From: Amphiscolops sp. MND2022
Taxonomy: Eukaryota
Direction: 5' to 3'
NCBI GenBank assembly: GCA_964187785.1
Contig: OZ076411.1
Location: 12,214,001 to 12,278,000, forward strand
DNA length: 64,000 nt
The notes beneath the pieces are model-generated. The model made no database searches. It was not told the DNA's origin and was given only the letters and a program-made list of their open reading frames with translations. The translations under genes and the position numbers were made by a program. Below, piece after piece: positions 48,501-60,211 of this stretch; position 1 is the first letter of the stretch; the number at the start of each line of letters is the position of its first letter.

Positions 48501-49279
48501 TGTAGACAACTTTTGCATACAGAGTAGACAAAATCAGGACCCCATTCATATAATTTGAAGAGGCTATCAAAGACAGTTTTTGTATCATTTTGTTGATACA
48601 CCACAATTTTTCGTTAATCATGTTAACAGAAGTTACATCTTGTCTTTGCCTCAATGCCTTAGCCAACCTTGCTCGTAGTAGCGTGAGATCATCGTTGATT
48701 TAAATTTTATTTTCACTATCTTTGAGCATCTTTTTGTTGGTCATCAGCCCGATTTTGGTCTGTCTCCTTACATATTTTGCAATGATAGGGCGCCCTTGGC
48801 CAGGCTTCACATTTCTGCTGGGAACCCTATGGCAGATGCTGATGTCCGCTCTGGATACCTGACATCCCGCCTTTTCTGCCACATCGATCACAGCCTGATA
48901 CACGTCCTCATTTGGTGCCTCCTCCACCCCAAATATGCGGACATTGTCCCGCCTTCCATATTGCTGGTTTGAATCGGCATTGAAAAGACTGGACAACTTT
49001 CCGTTGATTTGAGGCTTTTCTGCAATTTTGGCAAGTTTGGACTGCAAGTTGGCCAACTCAGCTGCTGCACAGAAGCCACATAGGAAGGGGCGGTCCATGA
49101 AACCCTTGTGGATCTTTTTCGGGAGCCATGTGGGGACCCAGGATTGGCATCCCTTTCCCTTGTCGGGACCCTTGCCAGTACATTCGATTAGGTGGGTGGA
49201 CCCCTCTTCGTCTGATTGAGAGCCAGTTCTAGTAGTCGGCATCGCGTCTATTTAATAAGTTTATCACAACAATTAGGCT
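45515..49279 (-). mobile_element. LINE-B, full-length L2/Crack/Daphne-type, lightly decayed
   Basis: ORF1 48700-49242 (QQYGRRDNVRIFGV, DISICHRV, RPIIAKYVRR) frameshifted into 46981-48666 (APE: HLNIRS, CLSETW, IGDINID, LIDH, ADH); RT 45713-46972 (NYRPISVL, LDLQKAFDTI, GVPQGSILGPLLF, FADD); (TAA)-like tail near 45515. Confidence 0.92.
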
Positions 49280-49326
49280 CAATAAGAGGGCCATATCCAT
49301 CAGTTAAAGAGAAGCTGAAAGTCGTC

Positions 49327-52300
49327 GGTGGGGTATTTTTGGATCAAATTTTTGTGTGAGCGAAAAGCGAGATCGAGAAAGGATCGAAAGTTTCGAGATC
49401 GAACTGTTCCGTTTTTGCAAGGTTTATGCTCCTGCGAAGCGTTCAAAATATCTTAGGTTTTTTCCCCACCTAACTGGTTGGAAGACCTTGAGATTTGGCA
49501 GTGATCTGACATAATGGGACCGAAAAACAGGAATCAGTCAGTCTCAGATGATTGTTGCCCTAAATGTAAAAGTATTGTTGAGGAAACTGAAAAGAATTCA
49601 AAATGTTGCATTGGATGTGAGTCATGGTGGCATGGATCTTTTGGGGGCCTTGATGTAAAGGACCACCCAATACTTTCAAAATATGCCTCTGTTCCTTGGT
49701 ATTGCTCCAAATGCGAAGACAAGCTTCTACAGGGCCGTTCTTCTAACGTCTGGAAATCCTTGAATGCCATAAATCAACAATAAAAAAAGACTGAAATTAG
49801 AAAAACGGAGATACAAGTTATGGAATCCATGAAAAGGAAATACTAACTATCAAACTTAAGCTTGACAACGCATGACCAACCCATCCTCTCGAGAACTATG
49901 CGGATAAAGTAAAAACTACTCGAAACGAAACTCAAGCGAAATGTACAACTGACATCAGAAGTGGAACTAGACAAAATCGTGATCCTCGCAACATATTGCT
50001 CATCAAGACAAATCAGAATTTCCAAATAGTATCGAAATCAAACAAGCGTTTGCAAAACAAAAAAAAAGCATTTATCCAAACAAAAAAGTACTATACGCTT
50101 TTATTACAGCGCGTGGTAGTATACATCTTGAGTTTACAACACCAGAGGAGGCTGACTGTGTTTTGCAGGGATGGAGGGCTGAATTTTTTGGCAGTGTAAA
50201 AGATTGTCAGTGACAGGCAGCGACTTGTCTGCTCGGAGAGCTAGTGACAGGAATGAACAGCACAGCGCTGTAATATGGGGAGTTCCATTAGAAGTGTCCG
50301 ACTCGGACAAGACTTCAGCGCTTACGGATAATTTTCCAGGTGTCAGAATTAGACGCTTTGTCAAAAGCGATGGAAAATCACTGCAAACTGTCAAACTGAC
50401 ATTTCCCTCAAAAGCCCAGTTTGACAAGGCAACTACCGACGGAAGTTTCATTGACCCTTTGTACTATCAACCAGTCGAATTCATACAGCAAGGAATCCGA
50501 ATAATCCGCTGCTACCGATGTCAGAAGTTCGGACACGTCAGTTCCAATTGCCATTCAAAAGTGTCATGCAAACATTGTTCCGGCGAGCACTCTATTGACA
50601 ACTACAGCGGTAATCAGCCTGCAAGCTGTACCAATTGCAGCGGAAGCCACGAAGCTGATTCTCTTGACTGCCCAATTCATATTAAACAGGTGCAAAGAGT
50701 TCGTGTGGCACGAGGTCTACAAGCACCGACTTTGAGAAACCCTGTGTCAAAAATTGATGGCTATCCCTGGTTTCACCTTCTTGCAGATAAATATATGCGG
50801 CCTGAGTGATCATAGTAAAATAGCATTGAATCAATACTTACAACAAACCAAAGCTGATATCGTTTTTCTTAATGAAACCAAGACACAAATTAGCGCAAAT
50901 CTATTCAACAATTTCACAATAATCAGTTCTATGGGTGAAAAATTGCATCCCTTACTCAAGACTTAATCAACTCGAATACACCTATGTTGATAATGTTGTT
51001 TTGACTGTTAGGCTGAGCGGAATTAAGTTAGTTGTGTCTACTGCATATGTCAGACCCGATGACTTCGAAGGATTGAGAAGTACAATAAAAATTATACAGA
51101 GTTGCAAAACGTATGTTGACAAAAATTGCCTGAATGGAGCTCTTTTCTTTGGTGTTCTCAATGCAAACCATACCTAGTGGGGAGACAAATTGAGTAACTT
51201 GTTAGGTGAGGAACTGGTTCAAATAGCTGACAACTTCAGCATTCTCAATGATGGTGAGCCTACGTTTTTGGCAGGAAATAGCTGCAGTGCTATCGATCTC
51301 TTTTGTTATGGGCCTCTGTTTGATAGATGTAAACACTCTCGGTCTACGGATGAATTTGCTGAGCTGCTCACCAGTGCTCCACAGAAGGGTCATGTTCCTG
51401 TTATCATGAGATTGGAACGTAGTAGCATCACTGAGAAAACCAAGAAATTATGGATTGAAAAGGCTGATTGGGTGGGTTGGACTTCTTTCATTGAGGGCCG
51501 AATAGATGATCTCATGGTTGTTGGGTCGACCCTGTTTTTCTTTGGAACGAGTTCAAGAATCTGCTGCATGAAGCTTCCTTTGGTCATATACCCCTCAAAT
51601 GTGTTTCAAATCATAGCAAACCGTTTGGAACTCAGACTTGACAGACGCAACAAATGAACTCCGATTTCCACGCAAAAAGTTCAAGTACAAATTAAGTATT
51701 GAAAATGGACAAAAGCTAAAGGCAGCGAAGGAACGTTTCAGAATTCTACTCAACAAAAGTGTAACTGAATGGATGGAAAACTATCTGTCATCGCCTGGGC
51801 ATAAAAGAAGAAGCGAATTTTGGACTATTTACAAGGCCTTACTCAACACTAAACATGAAGAAGTTGGTCTAATACGCACTAAGGAAGGGAGACTCTTATA
51901 TGCTCCAGAGGAAATTAGCAAAGAATTCGAAACCACGTTCTTCGGAGGAGAAAGTCTGAAATAGCAAATTTTCAACGATGCAACACAACTACAAGTAGAA
52001 GCCAAAATAAATCAACCACATGACGGTCCTGAACATGATATTGAAGTAATTCATGATAAAATTACTTTCGTTGAATTGAAGAAAGCCATTTTGAAATCAA
52101 GCAACACTAAATCTTTTGATAATGATGGTCTCCATTTGACAATGATAAAGAATTTGGGAACTAAAGCACTCCTTTTTCTGCTGGAAATTTTCAATGCTTG
52201 CTGGGAGTATCATGTGTGGTCATGGACGGAGTCACGAGTCGTATTCATACGCAAGTCAAACAAAGAGAGATATGATGAATGCTCTTCATATCGACCACTC

Positions 52301-54260
52301 TCAATCTCCAGTCATATCGGCAAAACATGGAAAGAATACTTGCAACTAGAATCAAATCAATTCTCGAGGTGAATGGACTGCCTGGTGACGAACCCGAGGG
52401 TTTCAGACCGAAAAGAAACACCACTCGATCGCTCTACAAACTACAGCTCATGCTGGGAAATGCCAAACGTTCACGTTTACCGATGACTCTACTTAACATT
52501 GACCTCGAAAAGGCTTTCGATAGCGTGTGGGCGGACGGCCTTCTCTTTAAACTGTTGGAACACATAAATTCTGGCAGAATTTATCAGATAATAAAACGTT
52601 CTTAAAAACCAGAGTCGCTTCAATTGAACTGAATGGATACAAATCACCGAAATTTCAGATTGACATTGGCGTTCCACAGGGAAATGTGTTGTCACCATTA
52701 CTCTTCATCATTTTCCTAAACGACTTCCTCAGTAATCAAGCTCAAAAATTCAAGTTTGCAGACGATAGTTCTCTCATTGCCACTGGCAAAAATACGTCAG
52801 AAATATCTGCAATTCTTTGAAAAACTTGTTCTGACAACGAGAAGTAGTGTGCAGATTGGAGGATGTTAGTGAACAGAGAAAAAACTGAATTAATCCTTTT
52901 CAATTGCGAAGAGAATGACTTCGAACTCCCGTGCCTCAATGGTGATTTATGTCAAGTTAAAAAAAACAACAAAGTCTCTCGGAGTAATTATCGATAGCAA
53001 GCTCAACTACCGGGATCATTCTACAAAAACAATTGAGAGAGCAAAACAAAATTGGAATATTATCAAGTCGTTATGCAATAGAAAATGGAGCCTTGCAGTT
53101 CCAACGCTAGTTCTGTTGTAAAAAACCACTATCTTACCCTCACTTTTTTATGCAGCACCAGTTTGGCTTGAGAAAAACCTCAAATATGTCACTGCAGTAC
53201 AGAAAAATTTCATAAGGACAGTTTTTAGACACGGATTTTCCCCGAATATCGACTGATGTCAAGTTATGCTAGGAACGCCGCCTCTTGATCTTCTGAGTAC
53301 AACCATCAACGTCAAATTTCACTTGAAGCTCAAACTAGAAGTTGATTTACTACATGGGACCCATGATGCATCTTAAACTTTTCCGGACAATGTTGCTAAC
53401 CTCGAGAGTCATGTTACCAGATTCGGAACGTTTTTGAGAATTCATAATTGTACTAGATACAAACAACATGATGTCAAACTTTTCATTTACTATCTTTGGA
53501 ACCTCAGGTGGAAAAATAATGACAACAACTCATTCCTGAAATGTTACACCAAAACCCCACCAACTTGTAACACTGTATCGCCCCTTTTATACCTTCAGAG
53601 GTATGCCCCCAAAATTTGTGAATTGCTGATCGGCAATTCTTTCGCTTTAGCCGAGTACGCTTGGAAAAATTGGCAGACGGAATCTCCGATGTGTCATTGT
53701 GGCAAAAGTGAAGAGACTGCCGAACATTTCTTTCTGGCATGTGGCCTATACCAAGACATCAGACCTGAAGACATTGACTCATTGAATCTCCTTGACCCTG
53801 AAGACTGCAATACCATTTTCGACCACATCTCACATTCAACGAAGTTAAAAGGAATCGTGTAGCGCTCATCATTAAATCCTAACTTAACTTTATCTAACTT
53901 ATAATGCTCTCTTTTTACTAGTTATTTACGATGAACACCCTCCCGCAAATTGGGGAAATTAGAAAATATCCCCACCTTATAGGGGGTCATATATGGTGTA
54001 TGCACGCTCGCCCTTTCCGTTCTCGCTAGGTCTTCGCTCCTGTTTGACCTCGCTTAGCAAGATGGGAACATTAGCGACCCCAAGGGGCCGCGGTGCCCTA
54101 GAGGAGATGGGGGCATATCCGACGGCCAAAAACATTTATATTTGAAACCGCTAAGTGTTTGAAAACCTTGATTCGATCTCATTATTGTTGACCTTTTTAC
54201 TTCGATCTCAGTGACAGAGATCACGCAAACTTCTTTTGATCCAAACGCGCACCGCCAACC
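49327..54260. mobile_element. MULE-like non-autonomous element (family X) containing LINE-C
   Basis: Perfect 9-bp TSD AAAGTCGTC (49318-49326, 54261-54269); its two halves (49327-49471, 53978-54260) align to the uninterrupted copy at 54794-55268. Confidence 0.88.
49472..53968 (+). mobile_element. LINE-C, full-length but heavily decayed (I/Jockey/Nimb-like)
   Basis: 9-bp TSD TCCCCACCT (49463-49471, 53969-53977); ORF1 relics with PHD (49514-49783) and three CCHC knuckles (CYRCQKFGHVSSNC); APE (QINICGL, FLNETK), RT (SYRPLSI, DLEKAFDSVW, GVPQG, FADD), C-terminal CHCGKSEETAEHFFLAC. Confidence 0.88.
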
Positions 54261-54387
54261 AAAGTCGTCATACTCCTAGTTATAGCATAAACACTATAAT
54301 GAGTAAAGTAACATAATTGAGTTGTGAGAGAGGCAACGGTTAAGTTGATGATTGAGCTGACTGAATGACAAAGAGTTGCGATGAGAG

Positions 54388-57300
54388 CTAATTGAAGGCA
54401 GGCATGGGAAGGTTCTTGGTGAGGATATCAGCCAAGTTGTTCTTTGTAGAGTCATAACACAATTGAATGCATTTGTCCTCAACCAGTTGAAGAATGAAGT
54501 GGTGTCGGATTTCTATGATTTTAGCTCGTTTGTAGGCGACAGGGTTGCTGGCAAGTGCGAGTGCCCTTTGATTGTCACCACACAACAGAACAGGCGTGTC
54601 CACCGTCATCAAGCAGAAGAATGTGAGCAAGCCTTGTAAATAGACTACTTCTTGTGCAGCCAAAGCCTACGAAACATACTCGGCTTTACAAACGCTAAGT
54701 GCCACACACCCTTTCTTTTTGGACGCCCATGACACAACACTACCAAAACGACTTAGTTTGAAGCAAAAACCCGAAGTTGACTTGCGATCATCCGGTGGGG
54801 TATTTTTGCATCAAATTTTTGTGTGAGGGAAAAGCGAGATCGCAAATGGATCGAAAGTTTTGGGATCGAATTGTTCCGTTTTTGCAAGATTTTTGCTTCT
54901 GCAAAGCTTTTAAAATATTTTAGGTACTTTTCCCTACCTAATACGGGGTCATATATGGTGTATGCACCCTCGCCCTCACCGTCGCAAAGACCAGCTTCCA
55001 CTACGATTGATTCGCAATCTCCGTTCTCGCTAGGTCTTTGCTCCAGTTCAACCTCGCTTAGCAAGATGGGAGAATAAGCGGGCCCCAAGGGGCCGCGGGG
55101 CACTAGAGGAAATGGGGGCATATCCGACGGCCAAAAACATTGTTATTTGAAAACGCTAAGTGTTTGAAAACCTTGATTCGATCTCATTATCGTTGACCAT
55201 TTTACTTCGATCTCAGTGACAGTATGAATATTCGCGCAAATTCATTCGATCCAAACGTCCACCGCCAGTTCCTCCTTGTCGGTGGCCCAATCTGAATCCA
55301 AAAAACCCAAAGTTCGAGATTTTCGGAGCGATTGTGCACAAGAGATAGGGACTGGTTACCCTTGAGAAAACGGAGGAGGTGTTTCAATGCACACCAATGG
55401 GCTTTACCGGGATTTGACAGGAACTGCGCTAAATTATAGACAGCAAAGCAAAAATCGGGGCGACTAACAACAAACAAGCACAATATTTTTCCAACTAAGC
55501 TAAGATTTGTTTCTGCTTGCAAAACACAAGGGAATTTTCGACAGTTTAGTGTATAATGTGAAAACAAAACACTTACGATAACAGTGGGACTCACCAAAAC
55601 ATTGTCTGATTAGGGGTATTTAAGAAAGAGCGAGAAGTTAGACAATTTGCTTTGGAGCCTTTCTGCTTTTCAACTTTCTTTCAACCATCTTTCACGCTAA
55701 AGACAACCTGCTCTACCTATCCAGTTCAACCTCAACTTATCTTCTGAAATAACATTTAACATAATAAAACCTTTCTTCATAAAGCATTCCAGTCAATTTC
55801 AATCCGTCCAAAAAAATCATCTAAATCAACAAAACGTTCATCTCAGAACGTTACACTAATTTCGACGGGGCAATCCGACTTTGACTCTTTCATATAGGGT
55901 ATTGCTAGCGTACTGACTGGCTTACAATCAGACATATGGCTTTTGCACAAAATGTCCTTTATAAATGACCGCTGGCTGAGAGAAAGGCGACCGTGTTACT
56001 ATTCAACATTGCATCTCAAAAACCAAGTCATTTTCCCACAATCATCGATGCTGAATGCTTCGCTGAGTTTCGTCTTGAAAACATGCAGCCTTATTTCGTT
56101 TTTTGAAAAATACAAAAGTCGTCGACTCAAGCTAGTACAAAAAGTTGGGAACCATTGGTCGTATTGCAACGTAAAAGACAATGGTCCTCGGCAGACTGTA
56201 CAAACTCGTTCTTCAAAAACCACTGGATTTAAGTTCTTTTCCATTCTCTCCTTGCTTGCTTGAAACCATAAAGTCATTTTTGAAGATTGCAATACAGTGT
56301 TTCACCATTAGCCCCCGCTTGCGAGAAGCCTTCTGGTAGTTCTATGTAAATTTCATCACTTAAAATCGCATTGTGGAAGGCTGAAATGACGTCTGACTGA
56401 AAAACAAAAGTTGACCAAGAAGCAGCGAACGCAAACAAATCTTCAATGTACAAAGTTTGGCAGTAGGCGCAAAATTTTCATCGTAATCGCTCCCAAAAAC
56501 TTGGGCGAAAACCCATGGGCTACAAAACGTGCCTTGAATTTCTCAATAGTTCCATCGTCGTGTCGCTTAATTTTAAAAACCCACCGGCTTCCAATTGCTT
56601 TTCGGCGCGGAGGAAGCGGGGAAAGCACCCCGATCTTGTTTTCAATCAACACAATGTACTCCTTTCGAGTAACTTCGATCCATTCGCTTTTAAGCGATGC
56701 CTTCATTGCTTCTCGATAAGCTATATTCTCATCACTGTGATCCGTTTGATAACTCTTCCACTTCGAGACCGCGGAAAAACACTACTTCCAATGGCATCAA
56801 TGTTTTCAGAGGAAACAACATCAACGGGGGAAGGGGTTCGTTCAGTTTCGAAATCATTCAATGTTTCTGTCGGTAAAACAAAAACTGAAGACTTTTCGCG
56901 ATAATGTTTCAGTGTTACAGGCAAAACTTGTTTCGGTACAAGTTTTTCGATATTAAAAGCTCGAATGTTTTAACTTGAGTGCGCAGCAAAAGAGTCAAAA
57001 GACGACTCATCAAAGGAGACATTGTGAGAAAACGAAAAATTTTTGAAATAAAGATTGTACAAAATGTATGCTTCGGAATCCTCAGGAAAACCAACAAAAA
57101 CTTCTTTGGTGGCTTCATCGGAAAGTTTGTCTTGATGCGTTTCAGTGGGTTTGAAAACCGTACTCCCAAAAATTTTCAAATTAGAATGATTTGATTTTCA
57201 CCAGAGAACAATTCGAAGGGCGTTCTAATCTTGGTGAACTAACTGTGAGGCAACGGTTTGAATAGTAAAAAGAAGTGGGTAAGGCCCGAACCCAGAATGC

Positions 57301-58096
57301 ATTGCCAAGTTTGGCTGTTTGTAGCATGCAGCGGGCCATTTCAATTGTTGTTCGCCAGCCACGATCACTCACACGCTTTTGATGAGGCGAGTAAGGGGAA
57401 GTATACTCACGTTTGATTCCGTTTGGTATACAAAAACTTCGAAAATACTTTGAAATGTACTCCTTCCCATTATCAGAACGGATTGCTCTGGGCGTTCCCA
57501 CTTGCTCACAAAAATTTTGACTTTATCTAGGCACTCTTCTTTCGCATTGAGGAAATACACCGCTTAGCTTATCGATTGCCACAAAGCGAAGTAGTTGGCA
57601 TCAGTCCTAAAATGTCGGTAAAATCGAGATCAATTTTCGAAGTTTTTCTTTTTTCCGGTTTTCGCAAAAATGGTTGCTGTGGTGACTTAGAAAAATTGCA
57701 AACTTCACAACGGCAAAAGTTTATCAAAAGCAATGTTGTGTTTCAAACTCAATCCTGAAACATGATGAGCTAAACATTTCAGATTTTTGAAATAGTTGTG
57801 ACCAAGTCGATGATGCCACAGCACTGCTTCTTCGTTCTGGCCGGAAAAAGAACAAAGATCAAATGTCTTTCCTTTCAAAACGTAAAGATTAGCGTGCTCT
57901 TCAAAAGGAATAGTTGCTTTTCCATCGACCAAAATGCTGAGAGATTGTCCAAAAATTACTTGAGCCCCGTTTTGCTTCAACTTGCTAACTCTGATCAAGG
58001 TATGAGAATGATCAGGAAGAAAAAGAAAGTCGGAACATGTCACACAACGTTCGAGTCCGTCTTTGTCCAGAAAAAGAAGAAAAACGTTTCCAAGAC
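54388..58096 (-). pseudogene. Ty1/Copia pol relic (protease end, GAG-pre-integrase, integrase, RT, RNase H)
   Basis: LWHHRLGH; IRSDNGKEY, YSPHQ, MARCML; AIGSRWVFKIK...KARFVAHGFS; SRPDFCFAV; DSDWA...DRKSTSG; CDNQ-like GDNQ, KIIEIRHHF, NLADILTK; Copia order IN-RT-RH; many frameshifts. Confidence 0.92.
54794..55268. mobile_element. Family X element, uninterrupted copy, inserted in the Copia RNase H start
   Basis: Colinear with both halves of 49327-54260; splits DSDWATDKE|DRKSTSG; degenerate TSD (CGATCATCC / GTTCCTCC). Confidence 0.85.
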
Positions 58097-58740
58097 TGTT
58101 ACGACTATTTACCGGGGTGATTTTACGATTAGTCGCAGTGGTTTTACTTTTGATTGGTGTTGAGGTTGCATTTTCCGGGATGTTTTCGGATTCAGAATCT
58201 GTCTCTTCAGTAGTGGTTATGACAGTTTGTTTTTTAACAGGGGCAGCTATAAGTTTTAACATCTCCTTTTGATTTTCAGCTAGGATTTTAGTAAGATCGG
58301 ACATGATTTCTTTTCTTAGCGAAGACTTGATTTCTTCTAGATTTTCAGTGATTACTCTAGGAGATTTACTCGACCCCACTACGGGATTCAGGTTTTGATT
58401 AACCTCAGCTATCGGAGTCTCCATTTCGGTGGAAACTAATTCTTCAACAGCTTTTCTCTTCTGGCTTCTAGTAGTCATTTTAGATAGGACGAGAGAGGGA
58501 TTGTTCTTTGGAAAATTTGAATTCTTCAAAGAAAATGCGGTTTTCGAAACGAAGTATCAACGGAGTAGATTAGGAAAACAGATTGAACAGATTTACAAAT
58601 TTTTAGGTATATATACTTTCACAGCATCATTTGTTCCTCACCTAAAAATTCCTAGGAATCCTAAAAATCGGTTTTGTTCAACAAAAATGCTTAATCATCC
58701 TTATTATTTCAACCCTTTTATTACTTGTTCATGATTTAAA
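58097..58740 (-). mobile_element. End of a second (gypsy-like) LTR inserted into Copia; contains a gag-like N-terminus; far boundary not found
   Basis: Abrupt switch at + strand TGTTACGAC (minus ...GTCGTAACA); reading frame MTTRSQKRKAVEEL...EIKSSLRKEIMSDL...TPVNSRN ends exactly at the CA. Confidence 0.5.
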
Positions 58741-59018
58741 ATTCCTAGTCACGGATCCCTTACGGAGTACTTGTTGAAATCATTTTTGTTCATTAACATC
58801 ATTTCCGGTTTGATCGTAGAAAAGGCGGCAAAACAAGTGTCAAGTCGAAACTTTATCGCGGAAAGCACGCGGGCGTGAACGATGATTCACTTTATGAGCA
58901 GTAGCTTTCCAGCTTGCGATAAAAGAGATGACAAGTAAAGTTTGTTATGAAAATATTTCGAACGAATTTCGGGTTGATAAATTGAGGTATTTGGGAAGGA
59001 ACAAATGATGCTAGAAAA

Positions 59019-59092
59019 TGATGAATATGAACTAAAAGACCTGTTTATTGTACATTGATGAATATGAACTAAAAAACCTGATTATTGTACAT
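59019..59092. repeat. 37-bp tandem duplication
   Basis: TGATGAATATGAACTAAAAGACCTGTTTATTGTACAT x2, two mismatches. Confidence 0.9.
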
Positions 59093-59473
59093 CAGAAAAC
59101 AACCAACAATATTCTACCAAACTTTACATGAATTCACTCAGTTAATACTGATAAATGCAACAAACAAATAGTATACTCATGAAAGCAACGTTTCTACAAC
59201 GTGATTAGAACACAGAGCATTCTTTTACAGAATAGGAAGAAGCACTCTTTGTAAGGATTCACTTTTATCTTAATTAACAGCACGAACCTTTTTAATCGAT
59301 CACTAAAACGAAGAAAATCCGGGTGAAAAGAGTAAGACCTTATGATAATTTAAATATCTTGGGATAATTCTACATGACCTCAGGAACATCCTAATGTATT
59401 TGGATAGCTTCTGTGTTTTAGAATTTTCCACGCTTGTCTTACATGTATTAACATTAGGTATAATTTCGTCGAT

Positions 59474-59639
59474 TTACAATTTGCTCCGTAAGCGCTCCGT
59501 ACGTATTAAGATTAGGTATAGCTTCTTCGCATTACAATTTGCTCCGTAAGCGCTCCGTACGTATTAAGATTAGGTATAGCTTCTTCGCATTACAATTTGC
59601 TCCGTAAGCGCTCCGTACGTATTAAGATTAGGTATAGCT
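59474..59639. repeat. Perfect 58-bp tandem repeat, about 2.9 copies
   Basis: TTACAATTTGCTCCGTAAGCGCTCCGTACGTATTAAGATTAGGTATAGCTTCTTCGCA; no spacers. Confidence 0.95.
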
Positions 59640-60211
59640 GAGCAGTGCTTGCTTGCGGAGACAGAGCGGATAGCGCTAGCAAATTCATTCTTATTCTCTC
59701 GCTCAATTGGCGTTGCTATGGTAACTAGGGATGGTGGAAGACGACGCTATTGGTCCGTAAAATAGAAGCATCTAGTTTTCAATCAAGCTTAGTGACGCTG
59801 TCATTACGTTGTAAATATTCTCTTAAGTTGTCTGACTGCATTCTTAAGTGGATATTCACAGCTAATCAATCGTTGGAAAATAATTCCACCATTCTCTTTG
59901 TATGTTCTTTCATTTTAGATTGTATGCGTTCCGTTGGGATCACGGAATTAAATATTGTTTTAGTGTTTTCATTTTAGTGTGGAGAAAAGAAAAATTGATC
60001 CCAGTGTTAAGGATGTTTCCTTTTTAATATTTAGATTGGCATGGAATTTTCATCAGTCGAAACCGGAAGTGACGAAACAATTGCATGTGAAATCATTAAA
60101 CCGGAAATTTTCTTTTGTCTAAATCATTTTTGAATAATCTACGTTGCGCTTCCGTTAAACTTAATTCGTGCTGCTGTTCAGATAAAAGGTAAGGCATTAA
60201 ATAAAGTTTAC

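Larger units (their letters stand above)
41095..54270 (-). repeat. Putative Copia 3' LTR split into pieces (41095-41163, 45286-about 45514, 49280-49326, 54270) by nested insertions
   Basis: After removing TSD-delimited insertions the minus strand reads TGACGAC...CTCAACA, about 0.25-0.35 kb, preceded by a weak purine tract (CTAGGAG) just downstream of the Copia RNase H ORF. Confidence 0.5.

Noticed and set aside
57705-58529. 274-aa ORF as one natural protein
   Set aside because: Chimera across an insertion boundary at 58097.
59474-59639. 58-bp, 22-bp (about 25757) and 18-bp (18327) arrays as CRISPR
   Set aside because: Contiguous repeats without unique spacers, no cas genes, eukaryotic context.
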